Assembly (NCBI GenBank): GCA_964447765.1
Contig: CAYUTO010000001.1
Span: 205,870-269,869 of the forward strand
Reading direction: 5' to 3'
DNA from: an uncultured Gammaproteobacteria bacterium
GTDB taxonomy: Bacteria; Patescibacteriota; Patescibacteriia; Magasanikbacterales; UBA922
DNA: 64,000 nucleotides
Positions 18,053 to 27,935 of the stretch are shown here, one piece after another. The notes beneath the pieces were generated by a model, which had not been told where the DNA came from, ran no database searches, and worked only from the letters and a program-made list of their open reading frames with translations. The translations under genes and the position numbers were made by a program. Position 1 is the first letter of the stretch; each line of letters begins with the position of its first letter.

Positions 18053-18277
18053 CTATGCTATACCATCAGGTTTGGCATCAAACTCCCGCTGCATTCTCTC
18101 CATCCATTGCTCTTTGTTTTCACCGGTACGCTCCGCCATACTCATGACCTGTTTCTGATGTTCTTCATCTGATCCCATGTGCGACATACCTTTTTGCATC
18201 ACCTCCATAAATGTATTTCCGGAAAATTCTTCATCACACGCACCTCCTAATTCGCGACATGTAAATGTTTTGCTCAT
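18053..18277 (-). CDS. DUF1059 small metal-binding protein
   Basis: The sequence MSKTFTCRELGGACDEEFSGNTFMEV...HM...H matches the DUF1059 pattern. Confidence 0.65.
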   Translation of the reverse strand: MSKTFTCRELGGACDEEFSGNTFMEVMQKGMSHMGSDEEHQKQVMSMAERTGENKEQWMERMQREFDAKPDGIA

Positions 18278-18295
18278 ATAATTGAAATTATGTGG

Positions 18296-18691
18296 TTAGA
18301 TAATTTTTTCTAACTTTCCTTTTCGTTTCACAATATTTTTGTAATCCCACTGAATGGTTTTTGACTTCTTGAGCCAGCGCTTCAGTTCGCTCACCTTAAT
18401 TTCTTCGAGTGAATTGTAAAAAATCGATGCGTCTTTGAATTTCCCGGTTCCATGCTCTAGATTTGCTTCGTCAAAATCTGCGCCACTCCAGAACATCAAT
18501 CTGATTCCTGCTTTTTGTTTGCTATACCCGACAATCGGATTACCATCGAGAAACCACACCGGATGCCGGTGCCACACCTTATTCTCAGATTTAGGAATGC
18601 CTTTCTCTATCTCATTTGCCAATGCATTGGCGATTTTCTTGTCTTCTTTGTCGAGTGCTTTGTTATACGCGGTAATGTCTTTATGTATCAT
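18296..18691 (-). CDS. DUF1801 (YdhG-like) domain protein
   Basis: Length and motifs fit DUF1801. It is one of three DUF1801 paralogs in the window. Confidence 0.6.
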   Translation of the reverse strand: MIHKDITAYNKALDKEDKKIANALANEIEKGIPKSENKVWHRHPVWFLDGNPIVGYSKQKAGIRLMFWSGADFDEANLEHGTGKFKDASIFYNSLEEIKVSELKRWLKKSKTIQWDYKNIVKRKGKLEKII

Positions 18692-18718
18692 ACAATAACT
18701 AAAAAATAAGCTATATGA

Positions 18719-19015
18719 TTAGTATAGCACTTCTCTTGGTTTTACTCCCCTCCCTGGACCAATAATTCCGTCGTGTTCGAGTTCGTCCATAATCATTGCC
18801 GCGTGAGCGTACCCAATTTTTAATTTTCTCTGAAGTAGAGATGCACTTGCTTTCTTGGTTTTTATCACAATATCTTTTGCTTGCTGGTACACTTCCTGAT
18901 GATATGGAGGTGTTTTCGTATCAGTAATATAGCCACGCTCCATAAAACTGTGCTTGAGCGAGGTAATCTCTTCGAGAATCTGATCAATTTTTTTCTCAAT
19001 CGTATTTTTGGACAT
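18719..19015 (-). CDS. Standalone FtsK-gamma (winged-helix, KOPS-binding type) domain protein
   Basis: The sequence SASLLQRKLKIGYAHAAMIMDELEHDGIIGPGRGVKPREVL matches the FtsK C-terminal gamma domain. There is no ATPase domain. Confidence 0.75.
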   Translation of the reverse strand: MSKNTIEKKIDQILEEITSLKHSFMERGYITDTKTPPYHQEVYQQAKDIVIKTKKASASLLQRKLKIGYAHAAMIMDELEHDGIIGPGRGVKPREVLY

Positions 19016-19029
19016 ATGATTATTTAAAA

Positions 19030-19779
19030 TTATTCTTCAAATTTTTGTCGTGCATTCCAATACCCGCACCAATCACAACTATCTCCAGTTTCTAGAATCA
19101 TATCATTCTCGAGACACTCTTTGATTTCACCAAGTGTGCCCTCGACCCAGGAATCGTCGCCGGTGTAGGGAATCAGGTTCACGTCGAATTCGATACGTTT
19201 ATCGAACGCAGTCCGGTCCATCTTCCCGGTGCAATAGACAAAGTACCCGGTGTGAGACACCGGTAATCCATTCTGGCGGATAAGCCACTGATACACTTCC
19301 ATCTGCCGCTTGTACCCATCCTGCCATTCCTTATCGAGCTCGGTCACTGCCTCGTCTTTTGCGGTCGCCTTGTAATCCACGACAATATACTCACCTGCCC
19401 CACTGATCCAGAGATCATCGATCGCTCCAGACACGAGCATTCCAGTCGGCTGGTGCAGATGCTGTACTCCCATGAAATTATGTCGCCATGCATCCAGCTC
19501 GGCATGCGCCACGGGCCTGGCATCGATGCCATACTCCTTCTGCAGTGGATGCTGTTCGCCCCGCACCCGATGTGCGTCGAATTCCTGCTTCAGGAGATAG
19601 TCGACTGCGCTATTGATAGAGAATGGGAATCCGGGGACGCGCTTCAGCCCGAGCTTATTGTCGAGGTAGAAGCAGCGAGGGCACTCGAGAAACAGGTCGA
19701 TCTTTGATCGACTCAGTTTCCAGTTTTTTCCTCCGTAGTTCCATTCTGCTCCGCGAGTGGGGTTGTAGTAGTCGGACAT
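19030..19779 (-). CDS. Cas4-like PD-(D/E)XK nuclease (RecB-family fold with N- and C-terminal cysteines)
   Basis: The N-terminal Cas4-type motif CPRCFYL, the core VVDYK and the C-terminal C-x2-C (CDWCGY) are present. GC content is higher than in the neighbouring genes. Confidence 0.65.
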   Translation of the reverse strand: MSDYYNPTRGAEWNYGGKNWKLSRSKIDLFLECPRCFYLDNKLGLKRVPGFPFSINSAVDYLLKQEFDAHRVRGEQHPLQKEYGIDARPVAHAELDAWRHNFMGVQHLHQPTGMLVSGAIDDLWISGAGEYIVVDYKATAKDEAVTELDKEWQDGYKRQMEVYQWLIRQNGLPVSHTGYFVYCTGKMDRTAFDKRIEFDVNLIPYTGDDSWVEGTLGEIKECLENDMILETGDSCDWCGYWNARQKFEE

Positions 19780-19783
19780 AGGG

Positions 19784-20389
19784 TTATTCTAAATTTTCAA
19801 GTCTTTTTCTTAATTCATCTAAAGTTTCTTCGCCGTATTTCCAATAAGCAGTGCCCTGAACTCCGTAATCATACCCTAATATTTTTTGCGCAGAAGTAGA
19901 TAAACTTGTTATTTCATTATTGTAACTAATGTGTTTATTATCCACTACTGTCGCCTTTATATTTTCATTACGACTAAAAACTAATTCTGATCCTATAGCA
20001 ATATTCACCATACTAAAATTAAACTTTTCTCTTATCTCTGACCTAACTTGATCAATAGCGTTCTGGTCATCTTTGTTATCAATAAATTCTTTCTTTGGAG
20101 TAATATCCTCTATTTCTCTGAGCTTTAGGGCAGACCGGACTCTTTCGGGAGAAATTCTAAAAAATTCTCTTTTAGGATTTATCCGATTATCAGCAAAAGC
20201 ATCATGTAATTGAGTTTCTATAAACGTAGCGCCTGTTACTGTGCAGGCATAGAAACATGTAAAAGGTAAAGGAACACTGGTAGAGCTGCTCAACTCTCTA
20301 ATTCTTTGCTCAAGACTTGTTGATGTTTTTCCAATTTTCACATAGCCCGGCATTGACTCGTTCGTTAAAATATAAATAATTTCATTCAT
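19784..20389 (-). CDS. T5orf172 (GIY-YIG-like) plus DUF4357 domain protein
   Basis: The sequence IYILTNESMPGYVKIGKTS...RIRELS fits the T5orf172/MUG113 domain. A C-terminal DUF4357-like region follows. Confidence 0.6.
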   Translation of the reverse strand: MNEIIYILTNESMPGYVKIGKTSTSLEQRIRELSSSTSVPLPFTCFYACTVTGATFIETQLHDAFADNRINPKREFFRISPERVRSALKLREIEDITPKKEFIDNKDDQNAIDQVRSEIREKFNFSMVNIAIGSELVFSRNENIKATVVDNKHISYNNEITSLSTSAQKILGYDYGVQGTAYWKYGEETLDELRKRLENLE

Positions 20390-20393
20390 AAAT

Positions 20394-23225
20394 TTATGTA
20401 ATCAGATTATTAATTGTAGAAGTAATCATAATTCTTTCTGTCTCAACAATCACATACCGCCACGGTTTTGTGATACCATATTTTCCGAGGTTTTTTGACA
20501 CGAGCTCACAATATTTTTCAGCTGTTTTCTTCTTCTCCTGCACGTCGATGCTTTGAACTTCAGTACTTGGTTTTACTTCGATCATCACAATCTCATTCTC
20601 AAACTCAACAACAAAATCTGGCTCATACCTGTGCTGGGAGTTACCAAGCTGATCACGCCAATACAACCCTTCGAACTGATTCGGAGCAGGCTTGAGCCAG
20701 TCTTCAACAGATGAATCCGTGTCCAGTAAATATGCCATCCGTGCTTCATCAGAAGAATCAAATTTATACATTGAATGGCAGGCCTTCTTGAATCCTGTGT
20801 AGATCTTATCTCTTGAGAAGCGGTCAATCTGTGATTCCAAAGTAACAGGCTTTTCATCAAGGGTTCGGGAAATGTTGTACTGCTCCAAGTAAGGTCTCGC
20901 ATCGCGGATACCTGACTCCAAGTAGCTCTCGGACTTGAATTCTTTGTGTGTAAGTATCTGATCGTATATCTCCTTGGCAATTAGTCGGAAGTTGTTTTCC
21001 ACCATCATCTTGAGTGCATTGTTATCACTGACGAATGATCTGTAGTGATCTACAGCTTGCTTCGTTAATTTAAGCAGCAGATTTTTTTGGTTTTTATCAT
21101 CATAGTCTATGAGCGGTTCTTCAACAAGAGCCGAAAGGATAGTGCTTTCTGGACTTTGTGCACGACCCTCACCAAGACTTGACACACGAGTGAGTACGGT
21201 CTCTCTCTGACTAGAATGAGCTACACCAAACAAGTCCTTTTGTTCTTTCCCTTGTAGGGACTGTTCGAGTATTGAAGCATCCGTTGCGTACCTACTTAAT
21301 TTCTTAGTATCTAAATCAAAATCGGTAATAACAAGCTCTCCATAATGGGGAGTGAGCATTAACCTCGGAATCGGGATATTTCGGACCTCTATGGTTTGCC
21401 TAGAGATACGCCCGATATTCTCAAGCTCTTGCTTTGCGGGTTCGCTCAGTATATTAAATAACGATCCTTCGTCGAATACCATTTCGGATGATATCTTCCT
21501 CGCTTCATTTTTTGCGGCAATCTCCACGATCTCATCCACCTTGTTTTGTATGGTGAGAGCCACAACATCCGCTGGTGTGTCAGTTCCAATTACAGCGCTC
21601 ACGGTTTTTGTTGCTTGAGCTTCAATCTCTTGCATTATCGCAGGACTGGCTTTAATCTGCTCCTCAATGTTTGTAACAAACACTGACTGTACCTCAATAA
21701 CTTCTCTTACTATTTTTGTATCGTCGGTAGAAATACTTTCAATATTGGATGGCTGTATAAGTTTAGAGTGTTGTGCCTCCTCAATCACTTTAGCGTAATT
21801 GTCATGAGCAACAATCATTACTCGATCAACAAGTTTATTTCCCGTTTTCTCTCCATAAGGCAAACGGAGGCCTCTGCCAATAGTCTGCTCTGTTAATATT
21901 TCCGATGCAGATGATCGGATCGGCGCAATAGTGTAAATATTCGTAACATCCCAACCTTCTTTAAGCATGTTTACGTGGATAACAATTTCTACGATATTAT
22001 CCGGGTGCTCGAGTGATATCAATTTTTCAATTGTTTCGTCTGCTTCATCCCCTCTTGTTTTTGTATGAACTTCAATCACCTTACCTTTGTACGCACCACC
22101 TCTAAATTCATCACTATCAATACGTCTTCGCAGTAAGCCTGCGTGAATTGTATCTTTAGCAACAACAAGCATAACAGGCTTTACTTCCTGTCTGTTATTT
22201 TCGAGAGCATACTCTTTCAAAGCCACTTTTGCGCGTTCATGAAAAAAAGCTGCAAGTTGTAATTTACGAGCATCAGTATCTATAGAATCCTTCTGAAGCT
22301 GACTAAAATCCACATCTGCTTCCGTACCAACCCACGGATCTTTTACATACCCATCACGAATGGCGTCACCTAAATTATAGGTGTAAAAAATATTCTTTTT
22401 TGTTTCTGGGTGTTTTTCTTTACCTCGACCAATCATATTTCCAGTATATGGCGTAGCCGTAAATTCAAGCCCAAACAATGGGTTAATTCGATCAAGCGAC
22501 TCCAACGCCGCATCAGCATGATAATGATGGGATTCATCCATCAGTATCACCAAGTCACTTTGCTCCTTCAGGTAGTCAAAGTAGGACAAAAGCTTACCGT
22601 CTTCAACGCCGAAAATTTCTGAACCTTTTGTGATACCTTTTTCTTTTTCGATATCCTTCTGCGCAAACTGCTGAATGTTAAAAATATTTATTTCTATCTT
22701 ATTTTTGAAAAGCTGTGCCAGTTGGCTTTGTCCGTAATTTTCTTTTGTGATTACTTTTACATTCGACGTAGTGAGTTCTTCGATGCCTCGAAAGACGTAC
22801 TTCGGATTACTAGCCTTGCTAAAATCTTCCACCAATTTACGGTAGATGGTGTTGCCCGGTGCCACGATCATAAAATGCTGTACGCCATATACAAGATAGA
22901 GGTAGGTCACAAATGCACCCATCAGACGGGTTTTCCCCACACCGGTAGCAAGAGCAAAAGTATATGCAGGGAAAGTACGCTCAAAAGACTGAAATTGTCT
23001 TAAATCAGGAATTGCATTTGAGTATTCTCTAGTCGCAATCTCAATCTCTCCGATATTTACTCGAACGTCTCTCTTCATCCTCTCTATTACTTTTTTACCG
23101 GCCTTACTTTCTAAGTAGTCAGCAAAAAATACTAAGCTTTTTTCCTGAGGAGCTCGCAGACTCAGTGCGTTTGTTATGTATTGTAGAGCTTGTTCTTTTT
23201 TCATAAGATTATTCGTCAGATTCAC
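20394..23225 (-). CDS. res: Type III restriction-modification Res subunit (SF2 helicase plus C-terminal PD-(D/E)XK endonuclease)
   Basis: The Walker A motif ATGVGKTRLMG and the DEAH-like motif LMDESHHY are present. The helicase C-terminal motif QTIGRGLR is present. The C-terminus reads EPDFVVEFENEIVMIEVKP. Length is 943 aa. The gene overlaps mod by 17 nt. Confidence 0.8.
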   Translation of the reverse strand: MNLTNNLMKKEQALQYITNALSLRAPQEKSLVFFADYLESKAGKKVIERMKRDVRVNIGEIEIATREYSNAIPDLRQFQSFERTFPAYTFALATGVGKTRLMGAFVTYLYLVYGVQHFMIVAPGNTIYRKLVEDFSKASNPKYVFRGIEELTTSNVKVITKENYGQSQLAQLFKNKIEINIFNIQQFAQKDIEKEKGITKGSEIFGVEDGKLLSYFDYLKEQSDLVILMDESHHYHADAALESLDRINPLFGLEFTATPYTGNMIGRGKEKHPETKKNIFYTYNLGDAIRDGYVKDPWVGTEADVDFSQLQKDSIDTDARKLQLAAFFHERAKVALKEYALENNRQEVKPVMLVVAKDTIHAGLLRRRIDSDEFRGGAYKGKVIEVHTKTRGDEADETIEKLISLEHPDNIVEIVIHVNMLKEGWDVTNIYTIAPIRSSASEILTEQTIGRGLRLPYGEKTGNKLVDRVMIVAHDNYAKVIEEAQHSKLIQPSNIESISTDDTKIVREVIEVQSVFVTNIEEQIKASPAIMQEIEAQATKTVSAVIGTDTPADVVALTIQNKVDEIVEIAAKNEARKISSEMVFDEGSLFNILSEPAKQELENIGRISRQTIEVRNIPIPRLMLTPHYGELVITDFDLDTKKLSRYATDASILEQSLQGKEQKDLFGVAHSSQRETVLTRVSSLGEGRAQSPESTILSALVEEPLIDYDDKNQKNLLLKLTKQAVDHYRSFVSDNNALKMMVENNFRLIAKEIYDQILTHKEFKSESYLESGIRDARPYLEQYNISRTLDEKPVTLESQIDRFSRDKIYTGFKKACHSMYKFDSSDEARMAYLLDTDSSVEDWLKPAPNQFEGLYWRDQLGNSQHRYEPDFVVEFENEIVMIEVKPSTEVQSIDVQEKKKTAEKYCELVSKNLGKYGITKPWRYVIVETERIMITSTINNLIT

Positions 23226-24816
23226 TTTCTTCTTCGTCGATTTCTTCCATTACCCGCTCTTTAATAGGGAGGAGATATTCTTTCATTCCAAACTGGCACG
23301 CCTTCAGAATTGACTGCGGTATTTTCTTAATCGTTATACGAGCATCTACCTTTTCACATCCGGGCTCAAACTTCTTCGGGCAAATAAGAAGGGTCTCATT
23401 TGTGCCTAAATGGCTCACGATCTGTTGGACCATCGCCACTGAGAGCATTTGCGTAGTTACATAGATACTATTCTTGCCTTGCCCCTTGCCATGCCTCCAG
23501 TAGTCAGTAGGGCTTGGAGCAAAGGTGTAATTGGTGAGCTTACACATTGCACGGATGAGTTTGACGTCATTGTAGTAGCTGTCGATCACTGGATTGCCGA
23601 ATTCATCAATTACCACGAAGCTAGGGGCGAGTTCATAAAACTTGAAACCGCCTCCGCCTTTCCAATCAAGAGTCTCTGTAAGTTTGAGTCCGTCATTACC
23701 ATCTACCACCTTTTTCATACGCGTCTGCACGTGAGTATATGCGTGTTCACCCATTTCAATGCCAATGAATTTTCTACCCATCTTTAAAGCTACTGCCGTT
23801 GCCGTGCCAGAGCCCAGGAATGAATCAAGAACAATGTCTCCCTTCTCAGAGCCAAGGGTCAAAATCCTCTGGAGAAGTCTTTCAGGTTTGGGAGTATCAA
23901 AAATGTCTTGATCAAACAGTTGTTTGATTTCTTTTTTCCCCTCTTGATTGTCACCGACGTCTTCACGCATCCACAATGTCATTGACACGACGCCGTCTTT
24001 AACTTCCGACAAAAATCGTTTAATCCTGGGAACGTTATCCCCGGTAGACCCGAAATAAATACGATTGTCTTCAACCATTTCTTGATATTTTTCTTTACTA
24101 AACCGCCAACAAGCTTGGGGCGGAGGCAATACTTTCTTTCCATTAGGGGTAACTATTTCATAAACCCTTGATTCAACCCTGGGTCCTACTTGGATCGGTC
24201 CGGATGCCCAAGGACCCCTTGAATCATTGTCTGGATTAGAAAAACTAGCATTAAGTTCGTCGGTCCTTGGTAGTTTATTTAAAATAAGAGGATTGTCACT
24301 TTTACCGTACACAAGGATAGCGTCATGGTTCCTTGAAAGAGTTTTCTTGAGATTAATTGGAGCGTATGACCTTTGCCAAATTACTTCATCGATAAAATTA
24401 TTCCTGCCAAATACTTCGTCACATAGAACTTTCAGGTAGTGACTTTCGCCTGCATCAATAGAAATCCATATCGTTCCGTTGTCTTTGCTCAATAAAACTT
24501 TCAAAATTTCAAGTCTGGGTCTTATTAGAGAGAGCCATGTTGAGTGTTCGACGCTATCGTCATAATGTTCAAAAGCTTCGCCGGTGTTGTAAGGAGGGTC
24601 AATGTAGATACATTTTATTTTTCCTTCGAATTCCGGAAGTAGTGCCTTGAGCGCGAGCAGATTGTCACCATGAATAATCATATTCTCGGTGTCCTTGTCG
24701 CCATACGACAGATCAGTCCGCTCTTCCAAGATGCGCGGTTCAATGTTGGCGATATCATACTCGGGATTGTTTTTCCCGATCCACGTAAGCTCTAGTTTTT
24801 GTTTGTTATTGCTCAT
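23209..24816 (-). CDS. mod: Type III R-M Mod subunit (beta-class N6-adenine DNA methyltransferase)
   Basis: The DPPYN motif (CIYIDPPYNTGEAF) precedes the FxGxG motif (VLDSFLGSGTATAVA). Confidence 0.85.
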   Translation of the reverse strand: MSNNKQKLELTWIGKNNPEYDIANIEPRILEERTDLSYGDKDTENMIIHGDNLLALKALLPEFEGKIKCIYIDPPYNTGEAFEHYDDSVEHSTWLSLIRPRLEILKVLLSKDNGTIWISIDAGESHYLKVLCDEVFGRNNFIDEVIWQRSYAPINLKKTLSRNHDAILVYGKSDNPLILNKLPRTDELNASFSNPDNDSRGPWASGPIQVGPRVESRVYEIVTPNGKKVLPPPQACWRFSKEKYQEMVEDNRIYFGSTGDNVPRIKRFLSEVKDGVVSMTLWMREDVGDNQEGKKEIKQLFDQDIFDTPKPERLLQRILTLGSEKGDIVLDSFLGSGTATAVALKMGRKFIGIEMGEHAYTHVQTRMKKVVDGNDGLKLTETLDWKGGGGFKFYELAPSFVVIDEFGNPVIDSYYNDVKLIRAMCKLTNYTFAPSPTDYWRHGKGQGKNSIYVTTQMLSVAMVQQIVSHLGTNETLLICPKKFEPGCEKVDARITIKKIPQSILKACQFGMKEYLLPIKERVMEEIDEEESESDE

Positions 24817-24822
24817 AATTTT

Positions 24823-27771
24823 TTAAATGATTTTCCAGCTGATTGTAAATAATGTTTCTATTTGTGATTTCTGTTTTAGCTGAGCTTCTATTCCTTCCAG
24901 TAACTTTTCTTTTTTAATCTCTACCTCGTCCTGTGCCTCATATAACTTTCTCCGCATCTCATTCCTTTTTTTCTCTGAATCTTTTATTTCCCGTTGAGCC
25001 TTGAGCTTCTCTTCAAGATTAACAATTTTCTTGGCATTTGTTTTGGCTGTCTTGATATCAATATCAAGCTTCCTTAGATCAAGCTCGAGACCTTTCTTTA
25101 CATCATCTGACCAGTTATCGAGTTTATCTACTTCATCATCAAAAAACTCACTGTTTCTTTCTGCGATCTGACCGGAAATTACAAAAATACTTTGTTGCTC
25201 AAGCTCATCTAGCTTCGTGAACTCTTCAGGTGACAGCGTTTTAAGTGTAACTGATTGAGTAGAAAGCGAGAACAGTTTCTTAATTATGTCTCTTTCAATA
25301 GGCTCTCCATTATTATCGAGCGCAGACACGACAACAGCATCTTCTTTTTCAAAAGCCTCAACGGTGTAGTTAGAAACTTTTAAGGTTCCATGTTTGCCAA
25401 CAAATGGTTCTAGTACGGAAATAATAGACGAGTGATTTGAATAATCAAAAATAATCTCAGCAGACTCAATCTGTTTGTTTTTAACCTCATTCAATATTCT
25501 TTGTGCCAAGGAGTGCCCAGGACGGTAGACGTGCGCGTCTTCCACATTTTTACCAATCTTGTATGGACCTGGATCTATGTCCTCATTTTGAAAAGGATTT
25601 ACTTTGAGAGAAAAAGAATACTCGTGCTCGGCAAAGTCGGCGTTATCCCCCAAGTAGTAACGAGTAACGTCCCATAGCCAGCGTTCATAGGTATCGAGAT
25701 ATGACTGACTCTCTCTTTGGTTGAGTTTAAGCTTTTCGTGAACTTCAGCATCAAAGTTTTCCAGAAGTTTTTGACGTGTATCAGATAAATTACTCTGAAT
25801 ACTCTCATCCATTTCCTCCTGAAGTTTATCGAAGGCGGTGTTGATATCATCAGACGTGCGACATGTCTGATAGATTCCTGCAATTCTCTTTTCAAAATCA
25901 ACACCAGACTCAATCGAACCAAGCACTTCGTCACTCACACCGAATACACCCTTAAACAACTTGAATTTTTGGTCGAGTAATTCATATACACGCTGGTCGG
26001 CTGCATTCTTTCTGTTTACAAAGTTGATTACAACGACATCATGCTTCTGTCCGTAACGATGGCAACGACCGATACGCTGTTCAATTCTCTGAGGATTCCA
26101 TGGTAGATCGTAATTAATAACCAAAGAACAGAATTGAAGATTTACACCTTCTGCTCCTGCTTCAGTAGCGATCATTATTTCTGCTTCATCTTTAAAGTAC
26201 TCAATAAGTGCGGCTCGAGTATCTGCTGTTTTTGAACCAGTTATCTTATCAGTATCCTTATTTTTTTCGAGCCAATTTTTATATATCTCTTTAGATTTTT
26301 CATCATTGTTTGAACCATTGAACAAAACTATTTTGTCTTTGTATCCATTGTTAGCAAGAAGCGTCTGAGCCAAATATCCCTGTGTGATTGTGGATTCAGT
26401 AAAGATAATTGCTTTCTTTTTTGCACCAAGCTCTGCGGTCATCTCGAATCCTTTTTTCAATGCGGTGAGCAAAGCATCTCCCTTAGAGTTTGTGTATATT
26501 TTCTTTGCTATATCGCGGAACCTTTCTAGGTCAATTTTCTCTTGTTCCATTAAAACAATATCTTCTTTCGTAAGAACTTTCTTCTCTTTCTCATCTTCGT
26601 CGTCATCACTTTCTTCGTCATCAATCCACTCATCAGACATTTCTGGAAGAGCTTCAAAATCTCCAAGCAGAGAAATAGTGTCAGAGTCTTGTAGAGGAAA
26701 CTTTGCTTTTGTATCCACAATCAACTGTTCAAGCTTATACACCAACTTATCTAACGTGCTTGCAATAGCAAAGGAAGAAGAAGCTAGAAGCTTTCGCAAA
26801 ATAAGTGTCATCAACTGACGCTGACTAAAAGGTAGTGCGTAAAGTTTTGTTCGTTGTAAGTACTCAGACATTCCATCATAGAGTTCCACTTCTTGTTCAG
26901 TGGGGATGTAGTCCTGAGTAATTGGTTTTCGTTCTGTATAGTTAATGTATTCCAATACTTGTCGACGAAGCGTTCGCATACAGACAGGCTTCAGTCGAGT
27001 TCGTAAATCAACAAACATTTCTTGCTTTGGCTCTACAAGACCAACTTCATTTTCGTAAATATCTTGTTCACGAGAAACTCGTGCATAATTTGCTTTGAAA
27101 CTCTTGAGATCACCAAAGACATGATCGTCAATGATACTCACAAGACCGTAGAGTTCGAGAAGGGAATTTTGTAGTGGAGTCGCTGTAAGTAAAATTTTAG
27201 GAACTTCAGTAAGCGCATCTTTAATTTCACGAGCAATTTTGTTGCTCGTTTTATACACATTACGAAGACGATGTGCTTCATCAATTACTGCCAAGTCCCA
27301 TTTCGTTTGTTTTATATATGGAGACTTTGAACGTGCAAAATGGTAGGAACAAATAACGATTTTATCTTCTTGATTAAATGGATTAAGATTTCCATCTTTT
27401 ATGTATTGATTGAAAGATTTTGCTTCAAGAATTACTGATGGTAAAAAGAATTTTTCGGAAAGTTCATCATTCCATTGCTTTCGCAAACTTGAAGGAACAA
27501 TCAGAAGAATATTTCTCTTTCTCTCAGCCCACTTTTGAGAGAGAACGAGCCCTGCCTCAATCGTTTTACCAAGACCAACCTCGTCAGCAAGAATGGCTCC
27601 TTTAGATAGGGGTGAGCGAAAAGCAAAAAGTGCAGCTTCGATTTGATGAGGATTGAGATCAACTTGTGCATTTGAAAGTGTTGAAGAAAGCTTTTCTAAA
27701 CTATTAGAAGAACAACGCTTTGTTAATTCATAAGCAAAATATTTAGCATGGTAGTCAGTAATTTTTGCCAT
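24823..27771 (-). CDS. SNF2-family helicase with a C-terminal coiled-coil extension
   Basis: Motifs ADEVGLGKTIEAG (I), DEAHRLRN (II) and QRIGRCHRYGQ (VI) are present. The last 120 aa, approximately, are a K/E-rich coiled coil. The stop is 6 nt upstream of the mod start. Confidence 0.85.
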   Translation of the reverse strand: MAKITDYHAKYFAYELTKRCSSNSLEKLSSTLSNAQVDLNPHQIEAALFAFRSPLSKGAILADEVGLGKTIEAGLVLSQKWAERKRNILLIVPSSLRKQWNDELSEKFFLPSVILEAKSFNQYIKDGNLNPFNQEDKIVICSYHFARSKSPYIKQTKWDLAVIDEAHRLRNVYKTSNKIAREIKDALTEVPKILLTATPLQNSLLELYGLVSIIDDHVFGDLKSFKANYARVSREQDIYENEVGLVEPKQEMFVDLRTRLKPVCMRTLRRQVLEYINYTERKPITQDYIPTEQEVELYDGMSEYLQRTKLYALPFSQRQLMTLILRKLLASSSFAIASTLDKLVYKLEQLIVDTKAKFPLQDSDTISLLGDFEALPEMSDEWIDDEESDDDEDEKEKKVLTKEDIVLMEQEKIDLERFRDIAKKIYTNSKGDALLTALKKGFEMTAELGAKKKAIIFTESTITQGYLAQTLLANNGYKDKIVLFNGSNNDEKSKEIYKNWLEKNKDTDKITGSKTADTRAALIEYFKDEAEIMIATEAGAEGVNLQFCSLVINYDLPWNPQRIEQRIGRCHRYGQKHDVVVINFVNRKNAADQRVYELLDQKFKLFKGVFGVSDEVLGSIESGVDFEKRIAGIYQTCRTSDDINTAFDKLQEEMDESIQSNLSDTRQKLLENFDAEVHEKLKLNQRESQSYLDTYERWLWDVTRYYLGDNADFAEHEYSFSLKVNPFQNEDIDPGPYKIGKNVEDAHVYRPGHSLAQRILNEVKNKQIESAEIIFDYSNHSSIISVLEPFVGKHGTLKVSNYTVEAFEKEDAVVVSALDNNGEPIERDIIKKLFSLSTQSVTLKTLSPEEFTKLDELEQQSIFVISGQIAERNSEFFDDEVDKLDNWSDDVKKGLELDLRKLDIDIKTAKTNAKKIVNLEEKLKAQREIKDSEKKRNEMRRKLYEAQDEVEIKKEKLLEGIEAQLKQKSQIETLFTISWKII

Positions 27772-27904
27772 ATATCATTCGAACAACTTATCTCCACAAT
27801 CCTCAAAAAAACAAGCTCACAGCTAGTCTAAATAAGCTGTTTCAGTATATAACTTTCATCTATATACCGCAAATCCGCTAAAACATGCGTATTTTAAGGG
27901 GGTT

Positions 27905-27924
27905 ATAGGGGGTTCGCCCCCTAT
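27905..27924 (-). terminator. Perfect 8 bp stem with a TTCG/CGAA tetraloop (ATAGGGGG TTCG CCCCCTAT) just downstream of recQ
   Basis: Seen directly. Only a weak T-run follows on the minus strand. Confidence 0.35.
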
Positions 27925-27935
27925 CAGAATCTATG

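Noticed and set aside
19030-27771. Labelling the defence island as DISARM class 1
   Set aside because: DISARM requires the DUF1998-containing DrmA and DrmB, and usually a PLD DrmC, none of which are present. The helicase here has the canonical type III Res motifs and a PD-(D/E)XK tail.
27772-27935. Region between recQ and the SNF2 gene considered as a mobile-element boundary or att site
   Set aside because: Only one hairpin (ATAGGGGGTTCGCCCCCTAT) is present. There is no direct-repeat pair flanking the island and no integrase gene. The nearest tRNA, tRNA-Ser, is 11 kb away.
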